Positions 37,101 to 51,819 of a stretch of DNA of 64,000 nt are shown piece by piece. Position numbers and translations under genes: made by a program. The notes beneath the pieces were generated by a model. That model searched no databases. It saw only the letters and a list, made by a program, of their open reading frames with translations, and was not told the origin of the DNA. The stretch comes from Camelus dromedarius (Eukaryota), in the NCBI RefSeq assembly GCF_036321535.1, contig NC_087436.1, forward strand, positions 3,596,001 through 3,660,000. The letters are read 5' to 3'. Every line of letters starts with the position of its first letter. The stretch's first letter is position 1.

Positions 37101-40100
37101 ACTTTGTGTTCCCAACAATCTAGGTGAAGGACGGCTTTCACACACACTCATCTCTCCGAAATGAGCATGTGGAGAGACGTTCGTTCATCTAGCACAAAGG
37201 GAACAAGTTGCAGTAGAAACTTTTACTCTGGTTTCTCAGTCTGTTTCTTAGTGCCAGTTGGAAGTTCCTGAAGTTTTCACTGTAAAACCGAGTTGGAGCT
37301 AGTACCTCCCCATATATATGTATGGAGTGGAGTTTGCAACAGAAAAGAAACTTTGTGTTCCCAACAATCTAGGTGAAGGACGGCTTTCACACACACTCAT
37401 CTCTCCGAAATGAGCATGTGGAGAGACGTTCGTTCATCTAGCACAAAGGGAACAAGTTGCAGTAGAAACTTTTACTCTGGTTTCTCAGTCTGTTTCTTAG
37501 TGCCAGTTGGAAGTTCCTGAAGTTTTCACTGTAAACCCGAGTTGTAGCTAGTACGTCCCCATATATATGTATGGAGTGGAGTTTGCAACAGAAAAGAAAC
37601 TTTGTGTTCCCAACAATCTAGGTGAAGGACGGCTTTCACACACACTCATCTCTCCGAAATGAGCATGTGGAGAGACGTTCGTTCATCTAGCACAAAGGGA
37701 ACAAGTTGCAGTAGAAACTTTTACTCTGGTTTCTCAGTCTGTTTCTTAGTGCCAGTTGGAAGTTCCTGAAGTTTTCACTGTAAAACCGAGTTGGAGCTAG
37801 TACCTCCCCATATATATGTATCGAGTGGAGTTTGCAACTGAAAAGAAACTTTGTTTTCCAAACAAGCTAGGTGAAGGACGGCTTTCACACACACTTTTCT
37901 CTCAGAAATGAGCATGTGGATAGACGTTCGTTCATCTAGCACAAATGGAACGGGTTCCAGGAGAAACATTTATTCTGGTTTCTCAGTCTGTTTCCTAGTG
38001 CCGGTTTGAAGTTCCTGCAGTTTTCACTGTAAAACCGAGTTGGAGCTAGTACATCCCCATATATAAGTAAGGAGTGGAGTTTGCCACTGAAAAGAAACTC
38101 TGTGTTCCCAACAAGCTAGGTGAAGGACGGCTTTCACACACACTTATCTCTCAGAACTGAGCATGTGGAGAGACGTTCGTTCATCTAGCACAATGGGAAC
38201 GGGTTGCAGGAGAAACTTTTACTCTGGATTCTCAGTCTGTTTCCTACTACCTGTTTGAAGTTCCTGCAGTTTTCACTGTAAAACCGAGTTGGAGCTAGTA
38301 CATATCCATATATATGTATTGAGTGGAGTTTGCAACTGGAAAGAAACTCTGTGTTCCCAAAAGCTAGGTGAAGGACGGCTTCACACACAATTATCTCTCA
38401 GAACTGAGCATGTGGGGAGACGTTCTTTCAACTAGCACAAAGGGAACCGTTTGCCGGAGTAACTTTTACTCTGGTTTCTCATTCTGTTTCATAGTGCCGG
38501 TTTTAAGTTCCTGCAGATTTCACTGTAAAAACGAGTTGGAGCTAGTTCCTCCCCATATATATGTATGGAGTAGAGTTTGCAAGTGAAAAGAAACTTTGTG
38601 TTCCCAACAAGCTAGGTGAAGGACGGCTTTCACACACACTTATCTCTCAGAACTGAGCATGTGGAGAGACGTTCGTTCATCTAGCACAAAGTGATCGGGT
38701 TCAGGGGAAGCTATTACTCTGGTTTATCAGTCTGTTTCTAGTGCCGGTTGGAAGTTCCTGCAGTTTTCACTGTAAAACCGAGTTGGAGCAAGTACCTCCC
38801 CATATATATGTATGGAGTAGAGTTTGCAACTGAAAAGAATCTCTGTGTTCCCAACAAGCTATGTGAAGGACGGCTTTTACACACATTTATCTCTCAGAAC
38901 TGAGCATGTGGAGAGACGTTCGTTCATCTAGCACAAAGGGAACGGGTTGCAGGAGAAACTTTTACTCTGGATTCTCAGTCTGTTTCCTGTTGCCGGTTTG
39001 ATGTTCCTGCAGTTTTCACTGTAAAACCGAGTTGGAGCTAGTACATCCCCATAAATATGTATGGAGTGGAGTTTGCAACTGAAAAGAAACTTTGTGTTCC
39101 CAAAAACTAGGTGAAGGACGGCTTCACACACAATTATCTCTCAGAACTGAGCATGTGGGGAGACGTTCGTTCAACTAGCACAAAGGGAAACGTTTGCCGG
39201 AGTAACTTTTACTCTGGTTTCTCAGTCTGTTTCATAGTGCCGGTTTTAAGTTCCTGCAGGTTTCACTGTAAAAACGAGTTGGAGCTAGTACTTCCCCATA
39301 TATATGTATGGAGTAGAGTTTGCAAGTGAAAAGAAACTTTGTGTTCCCAACAAGCTACGTGAAGGACGGCTTTCACACACACTTATCACTCAGAACTGAG
39401 CATGTGGAGAGACGTTCGTTCATCTAGCACAAAGTGATCAGGTTCAGGGGAAGCTATTACTCTGGTTTCTCAGTCTGTTTCTTACTGCCAGTTGGAAGTT
39501 CCTGCAGTTTTCACTGTAAAACCGAGTTGGAGCTAGTACCTCCCCATATATATGTATGGAGTGGAGTTTGCAACTGTAAAGAAACTTTGTTTTCCAAACA
39601 AGCTAGGTGAAGGACGGCTTTCACACACACTTTTCTCTCAGAACTGAGCATGTGGATAGACGTTCGTTCATCTAGCACAAATGGAACGGGTTCCAGGAGA
39701 AACATTTATTCTGGTTTCTCAGTCTGTTTCCTAGTTCCTGTTTGAAGTTCCTGCAGTTTTCACTGTAAAACCGAGTGGAGCTACTACCGCCCCATATATA
39801 GGTATGGATTGGAGTTTGCAACTGAAAAGAAACTTTGTGTTCCCAACAAGCTAGGTGAAGGACGGCTTATACACACACTTATCTCTCAGAACTGAGCATG
39901 TGGAGAGACGTTCGTTCATCTAGCAATAATGGAACGCTTTGCAGGGGAAACTTTTACTCTGGTTTCTCAGTCTGTTTCCTAGTGCCGGTTTGAAGTTCCT
40001 GCAGTTTTCACTGTAAAACCGAGTTGGAGCTAGTACATCCCCATATATAAGTAAGGAGTGGAGTTTGCCACTGAAAAGAAACTCTGTGTTCCCAACAAGC

Positions 40101-43100
40101 TAGGTGAAGGACGGCTTTCACACACACTTATCTCTCAGAACTGAGCATGTGGAGAGACGTTCGTTCATCTAGCACAATGGGAACGGGTTGCAGGAGAAAC
40201 TTTTACTCTGGATTCTCAGTCTGTTTCCTACTACCTGTTTGAAGTTCCTGCAGTTTTCACTGTAAAACCGAGTTGGAGCTAGTACATATCCATATATATG
40301 TATTGAGTGGAGTTTGCAACTGGAAAGAAACTCTGTGTTCCCAAAAGCTAGGTGAAGGACGGCTTCACACACAATTATCTCTCAGAACTGAGCATGTGGG
40401 GAGACGTTCTTTCAACTAGCACAAAGGGAACCGTTTGCCGGAGTAACTTTTACTCTGGTTTCTCATTCTGTTTCATAGTGCCGGTTTTAAGTTCCTGCAG
40501 ATTTCACTGTAAAAACGAGTTGGAGCTAGTTCCTCCCCATATATATGTATGGAGTAGAGTTTGCAAGTGAAAAGAAACTTTGTGTTCCCAACAAGCTAGG
40601 TGAAGGACGGCTTTCACACACACTTATCTCTCAGAACTGAGCATGTGGAGAGACGTTCGTTCATCTAGCACAAAGTGATCGGGTTCAGGGGAAGCTATTA
40701 CTCTGGTTTATCAGTCTGTTTCTAGTGCCGGTTGGAAGTTCCTGCAGTTTTCACTGTAAAACCGAGTTGGAGCTAGTACCTCCCCATATATATGTATGGA
40801 GTAGAGTTTGCAACTGAAAAGAAACTCTGTGTTCCCAACAAGTTATGTGAAGGACGGCTTTTACACACATTTATCTCTCAGAACTGAGCATGTGGAGAGA
40901 CGTTCGTTCATCTAGCACAAACGGAACGGGTTGCAGGAGAAACTTTTACTCTGGATTCTCAGTCTGTTTCCTGTTGCCGGTTTGATGTTCCTGCAGTTTT
41001 CACTGTAAAACCGAGTTGGAGCTAGTACATCCCCATATATATGTATGGAGTGGAGTTTGCAACTGAAAAGAAACTTTGTGTTCCCAAAAACTAGGTGAAG
41101 GACGGCTTCACACACAATTATCTCTCAGAACTGAGCATGTGGGGAGACGTTCGTTCAACTAGCACAAAGGGAAACGTTTGCAGGAGTAACTTTTACTCTG
41201 GTTTCTCAGTCTGTTTCATAGTGCCGGTTTTAAGTTCCTGCAGGTTTCACTGTAAAAACGAGTTGGAGCTAGTACTTCCCCATATATATGTATGGAGTAG
41301 AGTTTGCAAGTGAAAAGAAACTTTGTGTTCCCAACAAGCTAGGTGAAGGACGGCTTTCACACACACTTATCTCTCAGAACTGAGCATGTGGAGAGACGTT
41401 CGTTCATCTAGCACAAAGTGATCGGGTTCAGGGAAAGATATTACTCTGGTTTCTCAGTGTGTTTCTAGTGCCGGTTGGAAGTTCCTGCAGTTTTCACTGT
41501 AAAACCGAGTTGGAGCTTGTACCTCCCCATATATATCTATGGAGTTGAGTTTGCAACTGGAAAGAAACTTTGTGTTCCCAACAAGCTAGGGAAGTACGGC
41601 TGTCAGACACACTTATCCCTCAGAATTAAGCATGTGGAGAGACGTTCATTCATCTAGCAAAATGGGAAAGGGTTGCAGGAGAAACTATTACTCTGATTTC
41701 TCAGTCTGTGTCCTAGTGCCGGTTTGAAGTTCCTGCAGTTTTCACTGTAAAACCGAGTTGGAACTATTACATCCCCATATATATGTATGGAGTGGAGTTT
41801 GCAACTGAAAAGAAACTTTGTGTTCCCAACAAGCTAGGTGAAGGACGGCTTTCACACACACTTATCTCTCAGAAATAAGCATGTGAAGAGACGTTCGTTC
41901 ATCTAGCACAAAGGGAACGGGTTGCAGGAGAAATTTTTACTCTGTTTTCTCTGTCTGTTTCCTACTGCCGGTTTGAAGTTCCTGAAGTTTTCACTGTAAA
42001 ACTGAGTTGGAGCTTGTACCTCCCCATATATATGTATGGAGTGGAATATGCAATTGAAAAGAAACTTTGTGTTCCCAACAAGTTAGGTGAAGGACGGCTT
42101 TCACACACACTTATCTCTCAGAACTGAGCATGTGGAGAGACGTTCGTTCATCTAGCACAAAGTGAACGGGTTGCAGGAGAAACTTTTACTCTGGTTTCTC
42201 AGTCTGTTTCCTGTTGCCGGTTTGATGTTCCTGCAGTTTTCACTATAAACCGAGTTGGAGCTAGTACTTCCCCATATATATGTATGGTTTTGAGTTTGCA
42301 ACTGAAAAGAAACTTTGTGTTCCCAACAAGCTAGGTGAAGGAAGGCTTCACACACAATTATCTCTCAGAACTTAGCATGTGGAGAGACGTTCGTTCATCT
42401 TGCTCAAAGTGAACTGGATGCAGGTGAAACTTTTTCTCTGGTTTCTCAGTCTGTTTCCTAGTGCCGGTTTGAAGTTCCTGCAGTTTTCACTGTAAAACCG
42501 ATTTGGAGCTAGTACTTCCCCTTATATATTTATGGAGTATAGTTTGCAAATGAAAAGAAACTTTGTGTTCCCAACAAGTTGGTGAAGGACGGCTTTCAAA
42601 CACACTTATCTCTCAGATCTGAGCATGTGGAGAGACGTTCGTTCATCTAGCACAATGGGAACGGGTTGCAGGAGAAACTTTTACTCTGGATTCTCAGTCT
42701 GTTTCCTACTACCTGTTTGAAGTTCCTGCAGTTTTCACTGTAAAACCGAGTTGGAGCTAGTACATATCCATATATATGTATGGAGTGGAGTTTGCAACTG
42801 AAAAGAAACTCTGTGTTCCCAAAAGCTAGGTGAAGGACGGATTCAAACACAATTATCTCTCAGAACTGAGCATGTGGGGAGACGTTCGTTCAACTAGCAC
42901 AAAGGGAACCGTTTGCCGGAGTAACTTTTACTCTGGTTTCTCATTCTGATTCATAGTGCCGGTTTTAAGTTCCTGCAGATTTCACTGTAAAAACGAGTTG
43001 GAGCTAGTTCCTACCCATATATATGTATGGAGTAGAGTTTGCAAGTGAAAAGAAACTTTGTGTTCCCAACAAGCTAGGTGAAGGACGGCTTTCACACACA

Positions 43101-46100
43101 CTTATCTCTCAGAACTGAGCATGTGGAGAGACGTTCGTTCATCTAGCACAAAGTGAGCAGATTCAGGGGAAGCTATTACTCTGGTTTATCAGTCTGTTTC
43201 TAGTGCCGGTTGGAAGTTCCTGCAGTTTTCACTGTAAAACCGAGTTGGAGCTAGTACCTCCCCATATATATGTATGGAGTAGAGTTTGCATCTGAAAAGA
43301 AACTCTGTGTTCCCAACAAGCTATGTGAAGGACGGCTTTTACACACATTTATCTCTCAGAACTGAGCATGTGGAGAGACGTTCGTTCATCTAGCACAAAG
43401 GGAACGGGTTGCAGGAGAAACTTTTACTCTGGATTCTCAGTCTGTTTCCTGTTGCCGGTTTGATGTTCCTACAGTTTTCACTGTAAAACCGAGTTGGAGC
43501 TAGTACATCCCCATATATATGTATGGAGTGGAGATTGCAACTGAAAAGAAACTTTGTGTTCCCAAAAGCTAGGTGAAGGACGGCTTCACACACAATTATC
43601 TCTCAGAACTGAGCATGTGGGGAGACGTTCGTTCAACTAGCACAAAGGGAAACGTTGGCCGGAGTAACTTTTATTCTGGTTTCTCAGTCTGTTTCATAGT
43701 GCCGGTTTTAAGTTCCTGCAGGTTTCACTGTAAAAACGAGTTGGAGCTAGTACCTCCCCATATATATGTATGGAGTAGAGTTTGCAAGTGAAAAGAAACT
43801 TTGTGTTCCCAACAAGCTAGGTGAAGGACGGCTTTCACACACACTTATCTCTCAGAACTGAGCATGTGGAGAGTCGTTCGTTCATCTAGCACAAAGTGAT
43901 TGGGTTCAGGGGAAGATATTACTCTGGTTTCTCAGTGTGTTTCTAGTGCCGGTTGGAAGTTCCTGCAGTTTTCACTGTAAAACCGAGTTGGAGCTAGTAC
44001 CTCCCCATATATATCTACGGATTTGAGTTTGCAACTGGAAAGAAAATTTGTGTTCCCAACAAACTAGGTGAAGTACGGCTTTCACACACACTTATCCCTC
44101 AGAATTAATCATGTGGAGAGACGTTCATTCATCTAGCAAAATGGGAACGGGTTGCAGGAGAAACTTTTACTCTGTTTTCTCAGTCTGTGTCCTAGTGCCG
44201 GTTTGAAGTTCCTGCAGTTTTCACTGTAAAACCGAGTTGGAACTAATACATCCCCATATATATATATGGAGTGGAGTTTGCAACTGAAAAGAAACTTTGT
44301 GTTCCCAACAAGCTAGGTGAAGGACGGATTTCACACACACTTATCTCTCAGAACTGAGCATGTGGAAAGAGTATCGTTCATCTAGCACAAAGGGAACGGG
44401 TTCCAGCAGAAACTATTACTCTGGTTTCTCAGTCTATTTCCTAGTGCCGGATTGAAGTACCTGCAGTTTTCACTGTAAAACCGAGTTGGAGCTAGTACCT
44501 CCCCATATATAATTATGGAGTGGAGTTTTCAAATGGAAAGAAACTTTCTCTTCCCAACAAGCTAGTTGAAGTACGGCTTTCACACACACTTATCTCTCAG
44601 AACTGAGCAAGTGGAAAGTGTTTCGTTAGTCTAGCACAAAGGGAACGGGTTCCAGCAGAAACCTTTACTCTGGTATCTCAGTCTACTTCCTACTGCCGTT
44701 TGAAGTTCCTGCAGTATTCACTGTAAATCAGAGTTGGAGCTAGTACCTCCCCATATATATGTATGGAGTGGAGTTTGCAACAGAAAAGAAACTTTGTGTT
44801 CCCAACAATCTAGGTGAAGGACGGCTTTCACACACACTCATGTCTCCGAAATGAGCATGTGGAGAGACGTTCGTTCATCTAGCACAAAGGGAACAAGTTG
44901 CAGTAGAAACTTTTACTCTGGTTTCTCAGTCTGTTTCTTAGTGCCAGTTGGACGTTCCAGCAGTTTTCACTGTTAAACCGAGTTGGAGCTTGTACCTCCC
45001 CGTATATATCTACGGAGTTGAGTTTGCAACTGGAAAGAAACTTTGTGTTCCCAACAACCTAGGGAAGTACGGCTGTCACACACACTTATCCCTCAGAATT
45101 AAGCATGTGGAGAGACGTTCATTCATCTAGCAAAATGGGAACGGGTTGCAGGAGAAACTATTACTCTGTTTTCTCAGTCTGTGTCCTAGTGCCGGTTTGA
45201 AGTTCCTGCAGTTTTCACTGTAAAACCGAGTTGGAACTATTACATCCCCATATATATGTATGGAGTGGAGTTTGCAACTGAAAAGAAACTTTGTGTTCCC
45301 AACAAGCTAGTTGAAGGAAGGCTTCACACACAATTATCTCTCAGAACTTAGCATGTGGAGAGACGTTCGTTCATCTTGCTCAAAGTGAACTGGATGCAGG
45401 TGAAAATTTTTCTCTGGTTTCTCAGTCTGTTTCCTAGTGCCGGTTTGAAGTTCCTGCAGTTTTCACTGTAAAACCGAGTTGGAGCTAGTACTTCCCCTTA
45501 TATATTTATGGAGTATAGTTTGCAAATGAAAAGAAACTTTGTGTTCCCAACAAGTTGGTGAAGGACGGCTTTCAAACACACTTATCTCTCAGAACTGAGC
45601 ATGTGGAGAGACGTTCGTTCATCTAGCACAATGGGAACGGGTTGCAGGAGAAACTTTTACTCTGGATTCTCAGTCTGTTTCCTACTACCTGTTTGAAGTT
45701 CCTGCAGTTTTCACTGTAAAACCGAGTTGGAGCTAGTACATATCCATATATATGTATGGAGTGGAGTTTGCAACTGAAAAGAAACTCTGTGTTCCCAAAA
45801 GCTAGGTGAAGGACGGCTTCAAACACAATTATCTCTCAGAACTGAGCATGTGGGGAGACGTTCGTTCAACTAGCACAAAGGGAACCGTTTGCCGGAGTAA
45901 CTTTTACTCTGGTTTCTCATTCTGTTTCATAGTGCCGGTTTTAAGTTCCTGCAGATTTCACTGTAAAAACGAGTTGGAGCTAGTTCCTACCCATATATAT
46001 GTTTGGAGTAGAGTTTGCATGTGAAAAGAAACTTTGTGTTCCCAACAAGCTAGGTGAAGGACGGCTTTCACACACACTTATCTCTCAGAACTGAGCATGT

Positions 46101-49100
46101 GGAGAGACGTTCGTTCATCTAGCACAAAGTGATCAGGTTCAGGGGAAGCTATTACTCTGGTTTATCAGTCTGTTTCTAGTGCCGGTTGGAAGTTCCTGCT
46201 GTTTTCACTGTAAAACCGAGTTGGAGCTAGTACCTCCCCATATATATGTATGGAGTAGAGTTTGCAACTGAAAAGAAACTCTGTGTTCCCAACAAGCTAT
46301 GTGAAGGACGGCTTTTACACACATTTATCTCTCAGAACTGAGCATGTGGAGAGACGTTCGTTCATCTAGCACAAAGGGAACGGGTTGCAGGAGAAACTTT
46401 TACTCTGGATTCTCAGTCTGTTTCCTGTTGCCGGTTTGATGTTCCTGCAGTTTTCACTTTAAAACCGAGTTGGAGCTATTACATACCCATATATATGTAT
46501 GGAGTGGAGTTTGCAACTGAAAAGAAACTTTGTGTTCCCAAAAGCTAGGTGAAGGACGGCTTCACACACAATTATCTCTCGGAACTGAGCATGTGGGGAG
46601 ACGTTCGTTCAACTAGCACAAAGGGAAACGTTTGCCGGAGTAACTTTTACTCTGGTTTCTCAGTCTGTTTCATAGTGCCGGTTTTAAGTTCCTGCAGGTT
46701 TCACTGTAAAAACGAGTTGGAGCTAGTACCTCCCCATATATATGTATGGAGTAGAGTTTGCAAGTGAAAAGAAACTTTGTGTTCCCAACAAGCTAGGTGA
46801 AGGACGGCTTTCACACACACTTATCTCTCAGAACTGAGCATGTGGAGAGACGTTCGTTCATCTAGCACAAAGTGATCGGGTTCAGGGGAAGATATTACTC
46901 TTGTTTCTCAGTGTGTTTCTAGTGCCGGTTGGAAGTTCCTGCAGTTTTCACTGTAAAACCGAGTTGGAGCTAGTACCTCCCCATATATATCTACGGAGTT
47001 GAGTTTGCAACTGGAAAGAAACTTTGTGTTCCCAACAAGCTAGTTGATGTACGGCTTTCACACACACTTATCCCTCAGAATTAAGCATGTGGAGAGACGT
47101 TCATTCACCTAGCAAAATGGGAACGGGTTGCAGGAGAAACTTTTACTCTGTTTTCTCAGTCTGTGTCCTAGTGCCGGTTTGAAGTTCCTGCAGTTTTCAC
47201 TGTAAAACCGAGTTGGAACTAATACATCCCCATATATATGTATGGAGTGGAGTTTGCAACTGAAAAGAAACTTTGTGTTCCCAACAAGCTAGGTGAAGGA
47301 CGGATTTCACACACACTTATCTCTCAGAATTGAGCATGTGGAAAGAGTATCGTTCATCTAGCACAAAGGGAACGGGTTCCAGCAGAAACTTTTACTCTGG
47401 TTTCTCAGTCTATTTCCTAGTGCCGGTTTGAAGTACCTGCAGTTTTCACTGTAAAACCGAGTTGGAGCTAGTACCTCCCCATACATAATTATGGAGTGGA
47501 GTTTGCAATTGAAAAGAAACTTTGTGATCCCAACAAGCTAGGTGAAGGACGGCTTCACACACACTTATCTCTCAGAACTGAGCATGTGGAGAGACGTTCG
47601 TTCATCTAGCACAAAGGGAACGGGTTGCAGGAGAAACTTTTACTCTGGTTTCTCAGTCTGTTTCCTAGTGCCGGATTGAAGTTCCTGCAGTTTTCACTGT
47701 AAAACCGAGTTAGAGCTTTTACCACCCCATATATATCTATGGAGTGGAGTTTGCAACTGGAAAGAAACTTTCTCTTCCCAACAAGCTATTGAAGTACGGC
47801 TTTCACACACACTCATCTCTCCGAAATGAGCATGTGGAGAGACGTTCGTTCATCTAGCAATAATGGAACGCTTTGCAGGAGAAACTTTTACTCTGGTTTC
47901 TCAGTCTGTTTCCTGTTGCCGGTTTGAAGTTCCTGCAGTTTTCACTGTAAAACCGAGTTGGAGCTAGAACCTCCCCATATATATGAAGGAAGTGGAGTTT
48001 GCAAGTGAAAAGAAACTTTGTGTTCCCAACAAGCTAGGTGAAGGACGGCTTTCACACACACTTATCTCTCAGAACTGAGCATGTGGAGAGACGTTCGTTC
48101 ATCTAGCACAATGGGAACGGGTTGCAGGAGAAACTTTTACTCTGGATTCTCAGTCTGTTTCCTACTACCTGTTTGAAGTTCCTGCAGTTTTCACTGTAAA
48201 ACCGAGTTGGAGCTAGTACATATCCATATATATGTATGGAGTTGATTTTGCAACTGAAAAGAAACTCTGTGTTCCCAAAAGCTAGGTGAAGGACGGCTTC
48301 ACACACAATTATTTCTCAGAACTGAGCATGTGGGGAGACGTTCGTTCAACTAGCACAAAGGGAACCGTTTGCCGGAGTAACTTTTACTCTGGTTTCTCAT
48401 TCTGTTTCATAGTGCCGGTTTTAAATTCCTGCAGATTTCACTGTAAAAACGAGTTGGAGCTAGTTCCTCCCCATATATATGTATGGAGTAGAGTTTGCAA
48501 GTGAAAAGAAACTTTGTGTTCCCAACAAGCTAGGTGAAGGACGGCTTTCACACACACTTATCTCACAGAACTGAGCATGTGGAGAGACGTTCGTTCATCT
48601 AGCACAAAGTGATCGGGTTCAGGGGAAGCTATTACTCTGGTTTATCAGTCTGTTTCTAGTGCCGGTTGGAAGTTCCTGCAGTTTTCACTGTAAAACCGAG
48701 TTGGAGCTAGTACCTCCCCATATATATGTATGGAGTAGAGTTTGCAACTGAAAAGAAACTCTGTGTTCCCAACAAGCTATGTGAAGGACGGCTTTTACAC
48801 ACATTTATCTCTCAGAACTGAGCATGTGGAGAGACGTTCGTTCATCTAGCACAAAGGGAAAGGGGTTCCAGAAGAAACTTTTACTCTGGATTCTCAGTCT
48901 GTTTCCTGTTGCCGGTTTGATGTTCCTGCAGTTTTCACTGTAAAACCGAGTTGGAGCTAGTACATCCCCATATATATGTATGGAGTAGAGTTTGCAAGTG
49001 AAAAGAAACTTTGTGTTCCCAAAAGCTAGGTGAAGGACGGCTTTCACACACACTTATCTCTCAGAACTGAGCATGTGGAGAGACGTTCATTCATCTAGCA

Positions 49101-51700
49101 CAAAGTGATCGGGTTCAGGGGAAGATATTACTCTGGTTTCTCAGTGTGTTTCTAGTGCCGGTTGGAAGTTCCTGCAGTTTTCACTGTAAAACCGAGTTGG
49201 AGCTAGTACCTCCCCATATATATCTACGGAGTTGAGTTTGCAACTGGAAAGAAACTTTGTTTTCCCAACAAGCTAGTTGAAGTACGGCTTTCACACACAC
49301 TTATCCCTCAGAATTAAGCATGTGGAAAGACGTTCATTCACCTAGCAAAATGGGAACGGGTTGCAGGAGAAACTTTTACTCTGTTTTCTCAGTCTGTGTC
49401 CTAGTGCCGGTTTGAAGTTCCTGCAGTTTTCACTGTAAAACCGAGTTGGAACTAATACATCCCCATATATATGTATGGAGTGGAGTTTGCAACTGAAAAG
49501 AAACTTTGTGTTCCCAACAAGCTATTTGAAGTACGGCTTTCACACACACTTATCTCTCAGAACTGAGCATGTGGAAACTGTATCGTTCATCTAGCACAAA
49601 GGGAACGGGTTCCAGCAGAAACTTTTACTCTGGTTTCTCAGTCTGTTTCCTAGTGCCGATTTGAAGTTCCTGCAGTTTTCACTGTAAAGCCGAGTTGGAG
49701 CTAGTACCTCCCCATATATATGTATGGAGTGGAGTTTGCATGTGAAAACAAACTTTGTGTTCCCAACAAGCTAGGTGAAGGACGGCTTTCACACACACTT
49801 ATCTCTCAGAACTGAGCATGTGGAGAGACGTTCGTTAATTTAGCACAAAAGGAACGGGTTGCAGGAGAAACATTTTCTCTTGTTTCTCAGTCTGTTTCCT
49901 GTTGCCGGTTTGAAGTTCCTGCAGTTTTCACTGTAAAACCGAGTTGGAGCTAGTACCTCCCCATATATATGAAGGAAGTGGAGTTTGCAAGTGAAAAGAA
50001 ACTTTGTGTTCCCAACAAGCTAGGTGAAGGACGGCTTTCACACACACTTATCTCTCAGAACTGAGCATGTGGAGAGACTTTCGTTCATCTATCACAAAGG
50101 GAACGGGTTGCAGAAGAAACTTTTTCTCTGGTTTCTCAGTCTGTTTCCTGTTGCCGGTTTGAAGTTCCTGCAGTTTTCACTGTAAAACCGAGTTGGAGCT
50201 AGTACCTCCCCATATATATGAAGGAAGTGGGGTTTGCAAGTGAAAAGAAACTTTGTGTTCCCAACAAGCTAGGTGAAGGACGGCTTTCACACACACTCAT
50301 CTCTCAGAACTGAGCATGTGGAGAGACGTTCGTTCATCTAGCACAATTTGAACAAGTTGCAGTAGAAACTTTTACTCTGGTTTCTCAGTCTGTTTCCTAG
50401 TGCCGTTTTGAAGTTCCTGCAGTTTTCACTGTAAAACCGAGTTGGAGCTAGTACCTACCCATATATATGTATGGAGTGGAGTTTGCAACTGAAAAGAAAC
50501 TTTGTTTTCCCAACAAGCTAGGTGAAGGATGGCTTTCACACACACTTATCTCTCAGAACTGAGCATGTGCAGAGACGTTCGTTCATCTAGCACAAAGTGA
50601 TCGGGTTCAGGGGAAGCTATTACTCTGGTTTATCAGTCTGTTTCTAGTGCCGGTTGGAAGTTCCTGCAGTTTTCACTGTAAAACCGAGTTGGAGCTAGTA
50701 CCTCCCCATATATATGTATGGAGTAGAGTTTGCAACTGAAAAGAAACTCTGTGTTCCCAACAAGCTATGTGAAGGACGGCTTTTACACACATTTATCTCT
50801 CAGAACTGAGCATGTGGAGAGACGTTCGTTCATCTAGCACAAAGGGAAAGGGGTTCCAGGAGAAACTTTTACTCTGGATTCTCAGTCTGTTTCCTGTTGC
50901 CGGTTTGATGTTCCTGCAGTTTTCACTGTAAAACCGAGTTGGAGCTAGTACATCCCCATATATATGTATGGAGTGGAGTTTGCAACTGAAAAGAAACTTT
51001 GTGTTCCCAAAAGCTAGGTGAAGGACGGCTTCACACACAATTATCTCTCAGAACTGAGCATGTGGGGAGACGTTCGTTCAACTAGCACAAAGGGAAACGT
51101 TTGCCGGTGTAACTTTTACTCTGGTTTCTCAGTCTGTTTCATAGTGCCGGTTTTAAGTTCCTGCAGGTTTCACTGTAAAAACGAGTTGGAGCTAGTACCT
51201 CCCCATATATATGTATGGAGTAGAGTTTGCAAGTGAAAAGAAACTTTGTGTTCCCAACAAGCAAGGTGAAGGACGGCTTTCACACACACTTATCTCTCAG
51301 AACTGAGCATGTGGAGAGACGTTCATTCATCTAGCACAAAGTGATCGGGTTCAGGGGAAGATATTACTCTGGTTTCTCAGTGTGTTTCTAGTGCCGGTTG
51401 GAAGTTCCTGCAGTTTTCACTGTAAAACCGAGTTGGAGCTAGTACCTCCCCATATATATCTATGGAGTTGAGTTTGCAACTGGAAAGAAACTTTGTGTTC
51501 CCAACAAGCTAGTTGAAGTACGGCTTTCACACACACTTATCCCTCAGAATTAAGCATGTGGAGAGACGTTCATTCACCTAGCAAAATGGGAACGGGTTGC
51601 AGGAGAAACTTTTACTCTGTTTTCTCAGTCTGTGTCCTAGTGCCGGTTTGAAGTTCCTGCAGTTTTCACTGTAAAACCGAGTTGGAACTAATACATCCCC
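31200..51700. repeat. Satellite subfamily domain with a variable-length higher-order unit (8-12 monomers)
   Basis: Marker CTACTACCTGTTT at 31299, 33530, 36259, 38244, 40228, 42706, 45682 and 48162. TGGGGAGACGTTCGTTCAACTAGC and GTGATCGGGTTCAGGGGAAG variants are confined to this interval. Confidence 0.85.
37040..37800. repeat. Tandem triplication of a single monomer
   Basis: Three consecutive monomers share CAACAGAAAAG, CAATCTAGG, CTCATCTCTCCGAAATGAG, GAACAAGTTGCAGTAG and TTAGTGCCAGTTGGAAGTTCCTGAAG at 249-bp spacing (~37081, 37330, 37579). Confidence 0.93.
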
Positions 51701-51819
51701 ATATATATGTATGGAGTGGAGTTTGCAACTGAAGAGAAACTTTGTGTTCCCAACAAGCTAGTTGAAGGACGGCTTTCACACACACTTATCTCTCAGAACT
51801 GAGCATGTGGAAAGTGTAT

